Program-made: the position numbers and the translations under genes
Shown here: positions 17,391-28,413 of the stretch, one piece after another
Layout: each line of letters starts with the position of its first letter
How positions within the stretch are numbered: the stretch's first letter is position 1
Assembly (NCBI GenBank): GCA_963624325.1
Contig: CAVFPH010000003.1
Location: 15,029-47,028 of the forward strand
From: a bacterium
Lineage (GTDB): Bacteria > Bacillota > Clostridia > Christensenellales > Aristaeellaceae
Direction of reading: 5' to 3'
DNA: 32,000 nt
The notes under the pieces: model-generated
What the model was told of the DNA's origin: nothing
The model's database searches: none
The model's input: only the letters and a program-made list of their open reading frames with translations

Positions 17391-17828
17391 TTAAAAATTA
17401 TTTTTTAGCTTTTCCCGCAAAGCAAGCAGGTATTTTTCAGTCAGAACAATATATTGTTCCCGTTCTTCCGGCTGCCAGGAATCAAAAATTTCGTTTTCGG
17501 CAGCCACCAGGCGGCAAACCGTGCGCGATGCAAGCGTTTGCCCCGCATCGGTCAGGGTAACACGCTTGCTTCTGGCCCCGTCCGAGGTTAAGAAAACAAT
17601 ATTTTCCCCCTCCAGCTTGCGCAATGCGGAATTGACCGTCTGCTTGCTAAGCCCCGTACTGCGGCAGATCGTCTGCAGCGGGCAGCTGTTTTCATGGCTG
17701 CAAAGCGTGTATAGGATCATCGTGGCGCTGTCTGTCAGCCCCATTTTCAGCGAGATATCGTGGTAAACTTCCTCAATCTCATTTTGAAGGCAGGTATACC
17801 TTTGCAGGGTTCGCGTCGGTTCCCGCAT
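17391..17828 (-). CDS. MarR family transcriptional regulator
   Basis: The winged-helix region reads ILYTLCSHENSCPLQTICRSTGLSKQTVNSALRKLEGENIVFL. I chose the ATG at 17828 because AAAGGAG lies upstream and the promoter lies inside the longer ORF-track frame (17391-18179). The gene sits 15 nt upstream of the MATE gene, so the two probably form an operon. Confidence 0.8.
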   Translation of the reverse strand: MREPTRTLQRYTCLQNEIEEVYHDISLKMGLTDSATMILYTLCSHENSCPLQTICRSTGLSKQTVNSALRKLEGENIVFLTSDGARSKRVTLTDAGQTLASRTVCRLVAAENEIFDSWQPEEREQYIVLTEKYLLALREKLKNNF

Positions 17829-17843
17829 GCGTCCGGCTCCTTT

Positions 17844-17894
17844 CGGTACGAAATCATACCTGCGCATTTTAGTACGATTTCGTACCGTTGTCAA
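17844..17894 (-). promoter_or_regulatory. marR promoter (TTGACA-17-TAAAAT) with operator palindromes
   Basis: The -35 is the complement of 17889-17894 and the -10 is the complement of 17866-17871. A 12-bp perfect inverted repeat CGGTACGAAATC (17844-17855) / GATTTCGTACCG (17876-17887) is present. The site GTACGATTTCGTAC (17873-17886) is itself palindromic and sits in the promoter spacer. Confidence 0.6.
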
Positions 17895-18180
17895 GCGGAT
17901 TTTCCGCGATATAATGCAGCTAAAGCGAGTCCGGATAAGGAGGAACGCAGCATATACCGCATTGGGGTGGCTGAAGATGATATCGGTATTGCCCAGCCCA
18001 TCTGCGATCAAGGCAGCGTATGGAAATGGATATGTACCGCATATCCAATGTTCCGATTCTCTTTTTTCCTCCGCCGCAGACAACATGAGCATTGTCATGG
18101 TCACGAACATAGGCGGAGATGATTTTATGCCAATCCTTTTGGCATGTACATGCCGGCAGCCAAAATATACAAACCGCAAC

Positions 18181-18229
18181 GTAAAATCCCCTTGAAGTCA
18201 TCGGTTTCCCGATGTTCGCTTCAAGGGGA
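18181..18229 (-). terminator. Intrinsic terminator after gpmI
   Basis: The 11-bp stem TCCCCTTGAAG/CTTCAAGGGGA has an inner hairpin, and the minus strand continues TTTTAC. Confidence 0.55.
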
Positions 18230-18266
18230 CTTTATCAGGATGCCGTTTTTCGGTATCCGCAGTATT

Positions 18267-19838
18267 TTATTTCAGCATGCCTTCCATCCAGCAAGCAGGG
18301 GGCATCAAGCCCAGCAGCTGTGCAACGGTGGGCGCAACGTTGGCCAGGCCGAATTTGCCTTCCTTCAGGGCATGGGGCTCATCATCGCAAACGATGAAGG
18401 GAACGGGATTCAGAGAGTGCGCGGTGCGGGGCTGAAGCTCACCCTTCTTGTTTTTCTGCAGCATTTCATCGGCATTGCCGTGATCAGCCGTCACCAGCAG
18501 CACGCAGTGATGTGCCTTGCAGACATTCCACACACGGCGGAGCTCCAGGTCAACACTCTCCACCGCCAGGCGGGTTGCGTCCATGCTGCCGGTATGGCCT
18601 ACCATATCGCCGTTGGGATAATTGCAGCGGATAAAGCCGTACTTGCCGCTTTCAACTGCCGCAATCACCTTGTCCGTCACCTCGGCAGCCTTCATCCAGG
18701 GCGCTTCGTCAAAGGAACGCACATCGGAGGGAACTTCCTCGAAGGTTTCCAGGTTTTCATCAAACTTTTCGCTGCGGTTGCCGTTCCAGAAGTAGGTTAC
18801 ATGGCCGTATTTCTGGGTTTCGGATACAGCGTACTGGGCAATGCCCGCACCCACCAGCAGCTCACTCAGCGTGTTGCGGATGGCAGGGGGATTTACAAGG
18901 AAGTTGGTGGGAATATGCAGATCACCATCGTATTGCAGCATGCCGGCATACATTACATCGGGCACGCGGCCGCGGTCAAATGCCTTGAAGTCAACATCAT
19001 CAAAGGCCATGGAGATTTCCAGCGCGCGGTCGCCACGGAAGTTGAACAGCACCACGCTGTCGCCGTCTTCAATCGTTCCCACGGGCTTGCCGTCCTTGGC
19101 GATAACAAAGGCGGGCAGATCCTGATCGATCACGCCTTCCTCATTGCGGTAGGTTTCCACGGCATCGCGGGCAGAAGCAAACTGACGGCCGACGCCGTGT
19201 ACATGGGTTTCCCAGCCCAGTTGAACCATGGGCCAGTTGGCCTGATAACGATCCATGGTAACCTTCATGCGTCCGCCGCCGCTGGCAATGCAGGCATGGA
19301 AAGTATCGTCATTGAGTGATGCCATAAAGGCTTCAATGTCATCCACATACTGCAGTGCGGAGGTGGCAGGCACATCGCGTCCGTCCAGCAGCGCATGCAC
19401 ACGCACATTGGCCACACCCTGCTTCTTTGCATCGGCAATCAGCGCCTTCAGGTGGGAAATGTTGCTGTGCACATTGCCGTCCGAAAGCAGGCCGATAAAG
19501 TGAAGGGTGGATTTCTTTTCAACGCAGCGGCCGGTCAGCTTTTTCCATGTTTCCGATTCAAACAGTTTGCCGGATTCAATGGATTCGTTTACCAGCTTGG
19601 CGCCCTGCGCATAGATCTGCCCGCAGCCCAGGGCATTATGGCCAACCTCGCTGTTGCCCATGTCATCATCGGAGGGCAGACCAACGGCCGTACCGTGTGC
19701 CTGAATGGTGGTATTGGGGCAGGTGCTCATCATTTCATCCAATGTGGGGGTGTAAGCGTGCATCACCATGTTGCCAAGGTCCTTATCGGTTTTGCCGACA
19801 CCGTCCATAACAACCAGCACTACGGGCTTTTTATTCAT
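18267..19838 (-). CDS. gpmI: 2,3-bisphosphoglycerate-independent phosphoglycerate mutase
   Basis: The N-terminus MNKKPVVLVVMDGVG and the motifs GNSEVGHNALG and ADHGNADEM are present. I chose the ATG at 19838; the ORF-track start at 19889 would add 17 codons. Confidence 0.93.
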   Translation of the reverse strand: MNKKPVVLVVMDGVGKTDKDLGNMVMHAYTPTLDEMMSTCPNTTIQAHGTAVGLPSDDDMGNSEVGHNALGCGQIYAQGAKLVNESIESGKLFESETWKKLTGRCVEKKSTLHFIGLLSDGNVHSNISHLKALIADAKKQGVANVRVHALLDGRDVPATSALQYVDDIEAFMASLNDDTFHACIASGGGRMKVTMDRYQANWPMVQLGWETHVHGVGRQFASARDAVETYRNEEGVIDQDLPAFVIAKDGKPVGTIEDGDSVVLFNFRGDRALEISMAFDDVDFKAFDRGRVPDVMYAGMLQYDGDLHIPTNFLVNPPAIRNTLSELLVGAGIAQYAVSETQKYGHVTYFWNGNRSEKFDENLETFEEVPSDVRSFDEAPWMKAAEVTDKVIAAVESGKYGFIRCNYPNGDMVGHTGSMDATRLAVESVDLELRRVWNVCKAHHCVLLVTADHGNADEMLQKNKKGELQPRTAHSLNPVPFIVCDDEPHALKEGKFGLANVAPTVAQLLGLMPPACWMEGMLK

Positions 19839-19897
19839 AGCAGGTTCATTTCCTTCCCTAATCATTTCTGTCACGGCGTTTCTTCGCACGCCGCGAT

Positions 19898-19927
19898 ATT
19901 ATAGCATTTTCGGCGGCAGGATGTCAA
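19898..19927 (-). promoter_or_regulatory. Sigma-A promoter for gpmI (TTGACA-18-TATAAT with TGc extended -10)
   Basis: The -35 is the complement of 19922-19927 and the -10 is the complement of 19898-19903. Confidence 0.6.
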
Positions 19928-20005
19928 TTTTCTTTCGGCGAAATGCCGGGCTGAATGTGCTTGCTCGCCTGCTCATTTTCTTCTCCATTTTAATAAGTAC
20001 AAATC

Positions 20006-20034
20006 TTGTACAAAACCGGATTTTATGTTATAAT
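20006..20034 (+). promoter_or_regulatory. Sigma-A promoter for gyrB (TTGTAC-17-TATAAT with TGt extended -10)
   Basis: TTGTAC is at 20006-20011 and TATAAT at 20029-20034. The leader to gyrB is about 120 nt. Confidence 0.6.
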
Positions 20035-20112
20035 AAGCAAGATTCGGAAGGCCGATTTTTATTGGCCGAATTGATTCCGATTTGATCATCAAGCGGCGAT
20101 TTTTGTCCGTAA

Positions 20113-22137
<2,025 letters not shown>

Positions 22138-22190
22138 GGGAATGCCTTTGATCCCATCTCCCCTGCCGATTCAGTGAAAGGAATGAAATA

Positions 22191-24695
22191 ATGAGTGATA
22201 TTCAGGATCGCCTGATTCCGGTAAATCTGGAACAGGAGATGAAAAAGAGCTTCATATCCTACGCCATGGCCGTAATCATCAACCGCGCGCTGCCCGATGT
22301 GCGCGACGGCCTCAAGCCCGTCCATCGCCGTATTCTCTACGCCATGAATGAGCTGGGCATGACCCCCGATAAGCCCTTCCGCAAGAGCGCGCGTATCGTT
22401 GGTGATGTACTGGGTAAATATCATCCCCACGGCGATACCGCCGTCTATGATGCCATGGTGCGTTTGGCGCAGGATTTCAACACCCGCTATATGCTGGTGG
22501 AAGGCCAAGGCAACTTCGGCTCCGTCGATGGTGACGGTGCCGCCGCCATGCGTTACACCGAAGCGCGCATGTCCAAGATTGCCCTGAGCCTGATCGGCGA
22601 AATCGACAAGGATACCGTCGATTTCATGCCCAACTTTGATGAAACGCTGATGCAGCCCACAGTGCTGCCCAGCCGCTTCCCCAACCTGCTGGTCAACGGC
22701 TCCTCCGGTATTGCCGTAGGCATGGCCACTAACATCCCTCCCCATAACCTGACGGAGGTCATCAACGCCGCCATCTGCCTGATGGATCATCCGAATGCAA
22801 CCTTGGATGACCTGATGGAGCATGTAAAGGGGCCGGATTTCCCCACCGGCGGCATTATTCTGGGCCGCAGCGGCATCCGCGAAGCCTACCATACCGGCCG
22901 CGGCCGCATCGTGGTACGGGCAAAATCCGAGGTGGAAACGCTGGCCAACGGCCGTGACCGCATCATCGTATCCGAAATTCCCTACGGCGTAAACAAGGCC
23001 AAGCTGGTAGAAAAGATCGCCGAGCTTGTACACGAAAAACGTCTGGACGGCATCAGCGATATCCGTGATGAATCCGACCGCAACGGTATGCGCATTGTAA
23101 TTGACCTAAAGCGCGATGTGCAGCCGCAGGTGGTGCTCAACTTCCTGTACAAGCACACCCAGCTGCAGGATACCTTTGGTGTCATCATGCTGGCGCTGGT
23201 ACATGGTGAACCCAAGATCCTTTCCCTGCATGATATGCTGTACTGGTATATCGAGCATCAAAAGGATGTTGTCACCCGCCGCACCAAGTATGATCTGGAC
23301 AAGAGCCAAGCCCGCGCCCACATTCTGGAAGGCCTGCTCAAGGCCATGGACAGCATTGACGAAATCGTGCACATCATCCGTCACAGCAAGGATGTGCCCT
23401 CCGCCAAGGCTGAACTGATTGCCCGCTTTGATTTCAGCGATAAGCAGGCGCAGGCCATTCTGGACATGCGTCTGGCCCGCCTGACCAACCTGGAGTTGGA
23501 CAAGCTGCTGGCCGAATATCAGGAGCTTGAAAAGACGATTGCCTATCTTAACTCCATCCTGGCGGATGAGCATTTGCTGCTGTCCGTCATCAAGGATGAA
23601 TTAATTCAAATTCGTGATAAATTCGGCGATGAGCGCCGCACTGAGATCAGCACCGTAGAAGGTGAAATCGACGTGGAAGACCTGATCGCCCGCGATGACA
23701 TGGTAGTCACGCTGACGCATTTCGGCTATGTAAAGCGCCTGCCCAAATCCACCTATCACGCGCAGAACCGCGGCGGCAAGGGTGTTGCCGGCCAGAGCCT
23801 GCGGGACGAGGACTACGCCGAACAGATCCGCGTGGTGAACACGCATGAGGATATCATGTTCTTCACCAACCGCGGCCGCTGCTACATGATGAAGTGCTTC
23901 CAGATTCCCGAGGCCGGGCGCACCGCCCGCGGCACGGCGATCATCAATCTGCTGCAGCTGCAGTCAGGCGAAAAGGTTACCACCATGATTCCCATGCCCG
24001 ATATGCCCGAAGGCCATTACCTGATGATGGCTACCAAGCAGGGGCTGATCAAGAAAACGCCGCTGGATGAGTTTGCCAACTTGCGCAAGAGCGGCCTGAT
24101 TGCCATCATCCTGCGTGAGGACGATGAACTGGTATCGGTGGAGCTGACCGACGGCAGCCGCGAGCTGCTGCTGGGCAGCCGCCGTGGCAAGGCCATCCGC
24201 TTCAACGAAAAGAATGTTCGTTCCATGGGACGTGCCAGTCAGGGTGTCCGCAGCATGAAGCTGCGTGAGGATGACAGCGTCATTTCCATGTGCGTAGTGG
24301 ATGAGGATGAAAAGGTGTTGTCCATCACCGAGAACGGCTACGGCAAGCGTACCGATCCCGATGAATACCGTGAGCAGGGCCGCGGCGGTCAGGGCGTAGC
24401 TGCCATGAATCTGACCGAGAAAACGGGCCTGCTGGCCGCTCAGCTGATGGCAGCGGATGATGAAGACATCCTGCTGATCACCGATGACGGCACAGTCATC
24501 CGTACGCCTGTGGACAGCATCCGCGTATGCGGACGCACCACGCAGGGTGTACGCCTGATGCGCGTAGGCGACGGCAGCCGCATTGTGGGTGTTGCCCGTG
24601 CCGAAAAGGAAGACGAGGCAGCAGATGCCCTTTCCGAAGGTGCCGCAGAGAATGCCATGTCGGACGAAACCGCAGATCCAAGCGATGATATTTAA
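22191..24695 (+). CDS. gyrA: DNA gyrase subunit A
   Basis: Contains [14 protein letters not shown], the active-site region [10 protein letters not shown], and C-terminal beta-pinwheel repeats followed by an acidic tail. Confidence 0.98.
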   Translation: MSDIQDRLIPVNLEQEMKKSFISYAMAVIINRALPDVRDGLKPVHRRILYAMNELGMTPDKPFRKSARIVGDVLGKYHPHGDTAVYDAMVRLAQDFNTRYMLVEGQGNFGSVDGDGAAAMRYTEARMSKIALSLIGEIDKDTVDFMPNFDETLMQPTVLPSRFPNLLVNGSSGIAVGMATNIPPHNLTEVINAAICLMDHPNATLDDLMEHVKGPDFPTGGIILGRSGIREAYHTGRGRIVVRAKSEVETLANGRDRIIVSEIPYGVNKAKLVEKIAELVHEKRLDGISDIRDESDRNGMRIVIDLKRDVQPQVVLNFLYKHTQLQDTFGVIMLALVHGEPKILSLHDMLYWYIEHQKDVVTRRTKYDLDKSQARAHILEGLLKAMDSIDEIVHIIRHSKDVPSAKAELIARFDFSDKQAQAILDMRLARLTNLELDKLLAEYQELEKTIAYLNSILADEHLLLSVIKDELIQIRDKFGDERRTEISTVEGEIDVEDLIARDDMVVTLTHFGYVKRLPKSTYHAQNRGGKGVAGQSLRDEDYAEQIRVVNTHEDIMFFTNRGRCYMMKCFQIPEAGRTARGTAIINLLQLQSGEKVTTMIPMPDMPEGHYLMMATKQGLIKKTPLDEFANLRKSGLIAIILREDDELVSVELTDGSRELLLGSRRGKAIRFNEKNVRSMGRASQGVRSMKLREDDSVISMCVVDEDEKVLSITENGYGKRTDPDEYREQGRGGQGVAAMNLTEKTGLLAAQLMAADDEDILLITDDGTVIRTPVDSIRVCGRTTQGVRLMRVGDGSRIVGVARAEKEDEAADALSEGAAENAMSDETADPSDDI

Positions 24696-24707
24696 AAAAT
24701 AGCCTTA

Positions 24708-24750
24708 AAAAAGCCAAGGAGGTTGAAAGCCTGCCTTGGCTTTTTATTTT
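24708..24750 (+). terminator. Intrinsic terminator after gyrA
   Basis: The stem AAGCCAAGG/CCTTGGCTT is followed by TTTTATTTT. Confidence 0.8.
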
Positions 24751-24826
24751 ACAATTGAAGCGCTTGCTTTTTTGGGGAAATCCTGTATCATGAAGATGAC
24801 AGCATAAACAATGAAGGAGGTTCGTT

Positions 24827-25948
24827 ATGAAGTATCGCTTGCTGTCCCTGCTGTTGACCATCGCACTGATTGCCTGCCTCGTTTCATCCGCCTATGCCGA
24901 CAAATCCTATAATCGCCTGTTTAGCGGTACAGCCGCACCAAGTAAAACAGCCGATACCGACGAGGACGCAGATGCAGCCCTCGAGCTAATGCCCGACAAC
25001 TACGCCCTCTATCAGCTGATTGCCGGGCACATTGCCTTTGCCCTGCCGCAATTGCCGCAGCAATTGGAGCAGGAAGCAAACACAATTTTCAATTGGCGCA
25101 AGGAGTATTATTTTACCACTGAGGATGGAGAATACAGCATTGCCGTGGCGGACATTGCCCCGCTGATGGAGCAGATCAAGGTTCTTCTCAAAGATCAGGA
25201 AGCCAAGGACATCGACCTTGAAGTGCAGTCCGTCCTGAATTATGCCAGTCTGATCATCGTGAAAGCATTCAACGGGCAATTCAAGCAAATCGGTGCGCAG
25301 GAAATCACAGTCGGGGATGCATCGTATGTCAACGTGCAGTTCACTTACCAATACGGCGATTTGCCGGATGTGGAGTATCTCGGCAACGCTCTCATGGATG
25401 GCACCACCATGGTGCTGGCCATGGTTACCAACGACGAACGCGGACAGGAAATCGTCTCTCATATGCGTCCCCTATCCGATGAGGCGCTGGAAAACCTGAC
25501 CGCATCGCTGACAACCCCATGTGAGCAGACGATTGGCCGGCTGACGGTTACCTTTCCGGCCTCGGTACGGCAAGGCAAGCAGGCAGATGGCTACATTCCC
25601 TATTGGGTTTGCTTTACGCAGGATGGGGAAATCATGTATGCCGAGCAATTTCAGGCGGGCATCGTGCCCGATGATGATACGGCTGAAGCCTTGCAGAAAA
25701 TGTTATCCGCTGCTGTGGAAAGACGCATCATGCTCGGCATCGCCGGATCGGACTTGCAGATAACCGCGCTGGATACCCTGCCGGATGGCACGGTTATGAT
25801 GGCGTTCCGCTTTGCGACAGAGTTTCAGCCTTATGAAGCCTGCTGCGGCCGCATTTATCGTACGCCCGATCAGGATTATTGCATCATATACAGCTTTGAC
25901 ACCGAGGCAGGGCGTGCCTTTGTGGACAGCGCGGTGTGGAACCCGTAA
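24827..25948 (+). CDS. Hypothetical exported protein, possibly a lipoprotein, with no recognisable domain
   Basis: A GAAGGAGG RBS lies upstream. The signal peptide MKYRLLSLLLTIALIACLVSSAYA has a lipobox-like LIAC and an AYA-D cleavage-like site. The frame is 373 aa with ordinary composition. Confidence 0.7.
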   Translation: MKYRLLSLLLTIALIACLVSSAYADKSYNRLFSGTAAPSKTADTDEDADAALELMPDNYALYQLIAGHIAFALPQLPQQLEQEANTIFNWRKEYYFTTEDGEYSIAVADIAPLMEQIKVLLKDQEAKDIDLEVQSVLNYASLIIVKAFNGQFKQIGAQEITVGDASYVNVQFTYQYGDLPDVEYLGNALMDGTTMVLAMVTNDERGQEIVSHMRPLSDEALENLTASLTTPCEQTIGRLTVTFPASVRQGKQADGYIPYWVCFTQDGEIMYAEQFQAGIVPDDDTAEALQKMLSAAVERRIMLGIAGSDLQITALDTLPDGTVMMAFRFATEFQPYEACCGRIYRTPDQDYCIIYSFDTEAGRAFVDSAVWNP

Positions 25949-25967
25949 AAGCAATTTGAACCACGTG

Positions 25968-26005
25968 AAAGGGGCTTCCGATCATCCGGAAGCCCCTTTG
26001 ATTTT
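25968..26005. terminator. Bidirectional intrinsic terminator between the hypothetical gene and GNAT
   Basis: The stem AAAGGGGCTTCCG/CGGAAGCCCCTTT is followed by GATTTT. Confidence 0.75.
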
Positions 26006-26483
26006 ATACCAGCTCGTAGGCGATTCTGGGCGAACCGCCCCGCACGTAGATAATGCCGCGGCAGCTGAAGCCGCACTTTGCAATCAGGTGCTGCATAATG
26101 CGGTTGTCCGCGTGCGTATCGATGCGCAAATGCGCAATCTGCTGTCCGCAAAAGGCTACGGCCTGCTGCAGCAGCCCATGAGCCTTCCCGTTTCCGGCAA
26201 TTCTGTGAATCGTGCCGTAGGGAGCATCCGACAGCCAGCTGCCATTGTCAATTACGGCATAGGTAGGATCTGCGCCGATGATAAAGGCAAACACGCCGAC
26301 AGGGGCATTGTCCTCTTCAATGATATACAGCTGTCCCTGATCAACATCCCGTTCCAGCACATCCCTTTGCGGATAGCCGTCCCCCCACTGGGCAGGGTTT
26401 CCGGTATCGGCCATAAATTTGCGGGCATAGGCGTAGATATCCAGAACAGCAGATATATCCTGCATGGAAGCTTTGCGGATCAT
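26004..26483 (-). CDS. GNAT family N-acetyltransferase
   Basis: The protein is 159 aa and carries a GNAT core (RIAGNGKAHGLLQQAVAFC acetyl-CoA loop-like). An AAAGGAAG RBS lies upstream. Confidence 0.8.
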   Translation of the reverse strand: MIRKASMQDISAVLDIYAYARKFMADTGNPAQWGDGYPQRDVLERDVDQGQLYIIEEDNAPVGVFAFIIGADPTYAVIDNGSWLSDAPYGTIHRIAGNGKAHGLLQQAVAFCGQQIAHLRIDTHADNRIMQHLIAKCGFSCRGIIYVRGGSPRIAYELV

Positions 26484-26504
26484 CGTTTTTCTTCCTTTAT
26501 CCGA

Positions 26505-26633
26505 TTACTTTTTGTCAATCAGGCGAAGCAGGTATACCGCCAGCACAATCACGCCGATGACCGCAAAAATGCCCAGCATTCCCAGGCCCATATACTTTAA
26601 GTTTTCAACAAAAGCACCAATATGAATCTGCAT
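26505..26633 (-). CDS. oadG: OadG-like small membrane subunit of a Na+-translocating decarboxylase (42 aa, not in the ORF track)
   Basis: The ATG is the complement of 26631-26633, with GGAGG 6 nt upstream. The protein MQIHIGAFVENLKYMGLGMLGIFAVIGVIVLAVYLLRLIDKK has a single TM segment. Its start lies 12 nt downstream of the oadB stop. Confidence 0.6.
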   Translation of the reverse strand: MQIHIGAFVENLKYMGLGMLGIFAVIGVIVLAVYLLRLIDKK

Positions 26634-26645
26634 GACACTGCCTCC

Positions 26646-27767
26646 TTAATGCAGGAAGAAATTGAGGATCAGGCCGCCCGCGATGACCGAGGCAATCTGG
26701 CCGGATACGTTGACGCCGATGGAGTGCATCAAAAGGAAGTTGGAAGGATCTTCCTTCAGGCCCATTTTGTGCACAATTCGGCCTGACATCGGGAATGCGG
26801 AGATACCCGCCGCGCCGATCATCGGGTTGATTTTTTCCTTCAGGAAAAGGTTCAGGAACTTGGCAAACAGCACGCCGCCCGCGGTATCCATGATGAAGGC
26901 CACCAAGCCCAGGCCCAGAATCAGCAGGGTGTCGGGGCTCAGGAACTGCTCCGCCTTCATCTGGGAGGCAATGGTAAGGCCCAGCAGGATGGTAATCAGA
27001 TTGGCCAACACATGCTGCGCGGTATCGGACAGAGAATCCAGCACACCGCACTCCCGAATCAGATTGCCGAACATCAGGAAGCCGACCAGCGCAACGGACG
27101 CGGGAGCCACCAGCCCTGCCACCACAGTAGTCAGGATGGGGAACAGAATGCGCGTAGTCTTGGATACGCTGTGCTCATGATAGGGCATGCGGATCATGCG
27201 CTCTTTCTTGGTGGTCAGCAGGCGAATGACAGGGGGCTGAATAACGGGCACCAGGGCCATATAGGAATAGGCAGCCACCATGATGGCACCCAGGTACTTG
27301 CTGCCCAGTTTTTGTGCCACTGCAATTGCGGTAGGGCCGTCCGCCGCGCCGATGATGGCAATGGATGCGGCATCGTTGATATCAAAGAACATAGAGGCCA
27401 GGCACAGGGTAAAGAAGATACCGAATTGAGCCGCTGCGCCGAAGATCATCAGTTTCGGGTTGGAAAGCAGCGGGCCAAAGTCAATCATCGCGCCGATGCC
27501 GATGAAAAGCAGCAGCGGGAACAGCTCATTGGCAATGCCTGCGTCAAAAAGCACGCTGAGCGGCCCTTGCTCAATAAAGCCGTTGATTGTCTGCGTTACC
27601 GCGCCGGAGCAGGGCAGGTTGACCAGAATAGCGCCAAAGCCCAGCGGCAGCAGCAGGGTGGGCTCCATATCCTTGGCAATGGCAAGGTAAATCAGCAGTG
27701 CGCCGACACCCCACATTACCACCTGCTGCCATTGCAGGTTGAGTACGTTTGAAAACAGTGCTTCCAT
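26646..27767 (-). CDS. oadB: Sodium ion-translocating decarboxylase beta subunit (OadB/GcdB/MmdB family)
   Basis: Contains FIGIGAMIDFGPLL, IIGAADGPTAI, AAYSYMALVPVIQPP and NPMIGAAGISAFPMSGR. I chose the ATG at 27767 because GAGGAGG lies upstream. Confidence 0.9.
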   Translation of the reverse strand: MEALFSNVLNLQWQQVVMWGVGALLIYLAIAKDMEPTLLLPLGFGAILVNLPCSGAVTQTINGFIEQGPLSVLFDAGIANELFPLLLFIGIGAMIDFGPLLSNPKLMIFGAAAQFGIFFTLCLASMFFDINDAASIAIIGAADGPTAIAVAQKLGSKYLGAIMVAAYSYMALVPVIQPPVIRLLTTKKERMIRMPYHEHSVSKTTRILFPILTTVVAGLVAPASVALVGFLMFGNLIRECGVLDSLSDTAQHVLANLITILLGLTIASQMKAEQFLSPDTLLILGLGLVAFIMDTAGGVLFAKFLNLFLKEKINPMIGAAGISAFPMSGRIVHKMGLKEDPSNFLLMHSIGVNVSGQIASVIAGGLILNFFLH

Positions 27768-27871
27768 GATTGACGGCCTCCTCAAATTATAACATTATAC
27801 AGTATGCGGGCAAGGATCGGCAGGCGGAAGCACATTGGCAGTGCCTGTTCCGCATCGCACTCCCTGCAATC

Positions 27872-27922
27872 TATAAAAAGCGAGGCTCCTATTGCGATGC
27901 TAAATCGCAATAAGAGTCTCGC
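27872..27922 (-). terminator. Intrinsic terminator ending the tatA transcript
   Basis: The stem is 19 bp (27880-27898 / 27904-27922, with one mismatch and one wobble), and the minus strand continues TTTTTAT. Confidence 0.65.
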
Positions 27923-28192
27923 TATTTCATCCAGAAGCGGGCCCTTCGGCCGTGCATTGACGCCTCTGTCGCGGCCAAAGCCGCCAGCTACTCCCCCTTA
28001 TCTTTGTGGGACAGTGTGTTTATTTTTTTATTCAGCTTGCTTTCCCGGCTGCTTTTCACGATTACGAAAAGCATCATGACGGGCTTCAGCAGCACCCGGA
28101 GCACCTTATTCTTCGTCAGGTTAAGGAACGCATTTTCTTTATTTCCGTTGCGTACCTCTCCTCATGGGTGACAGATCGCTCCCGGCAGCAGC

Positions 28193-28372
28193 TCACTCGG
28201 ACTTCTTTTCGGTCTCCGCCGTTTCAGAGTTCTCCTTGTCGCTGCCAACTTCTTTTTTGAATTCACGAATGCTCTGTCCCAATGCCTTGCCCACGCCCGA
28301 CAGCTTGCTGCCGCCGAACAGCACCAGGGCCAGCGCCAAGATCAAAAGGATTTCGGTAACACCGATGCGCAC
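28193..28372 (-). CDS. tatA: Twin-arginine translocase TatA/E family protein (59 aa, not in the ORF track)
   Basis: The GTG start is the complement of 28370-28372. The protein MRIGVTEILLILALALVLFGGSKLSGVGKALGQSIREFKKEVGSDKENSETAETEKKSE has a TM helix, an FGG hinge and an amphipathic helix with the KLxxxGKxLGxxIRxFKK signature. Confidence 0.8.
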   Translation of the reverse strand: MRIGVTEILLILALALVLFGGSKLSGVGKALGQSIREFKKEVGSDKENSETAETEKKSE

Positions 28373-28413
28373 TACGCACCATTCCTTTCGTATCGAAGAA
28401 TCGGTACGGATTG

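Noticed and set aside
17829-18179. An in-frame 117-codon N-terminal extension of marR (ORF-track start 18179). Similar extensions exist for nfnA (5432), nfnB (6348), sdaAA (1493), mutY (14018), the VTC gene (7872), gpmI (19889), groES (13868), the LD-carboxypeptidase gene (30104) and the YitT-like gene (31124).
   Set aside because: In each case an internal start has a proper SD and matches the family N-terminus. The extension covers promoter, operator or terminator DNA, or overlaps the preceding gene.
22420-22470. The gyrA quinolone-resistance-determining region was checked for resistance substitutions.
   Set aside because: The sequence reads [14 protein letters not shown]. The Thr and Asp at the two hotspot positions are the wild-type state seen in Clostridia-type GyrA, so no resistance allele is evident.
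27786-27813. Duplicated TATAAT boxes upstream of oadB (complement of 27786-27791 and 27794-27799), considered as a promoter feature.
   Set aside because: The proximal -10 would place the TSS inside the RBS, and the distal one has no acceptable -35. A promoter is likely here but I cannot place it, so it is not listed as a feature.
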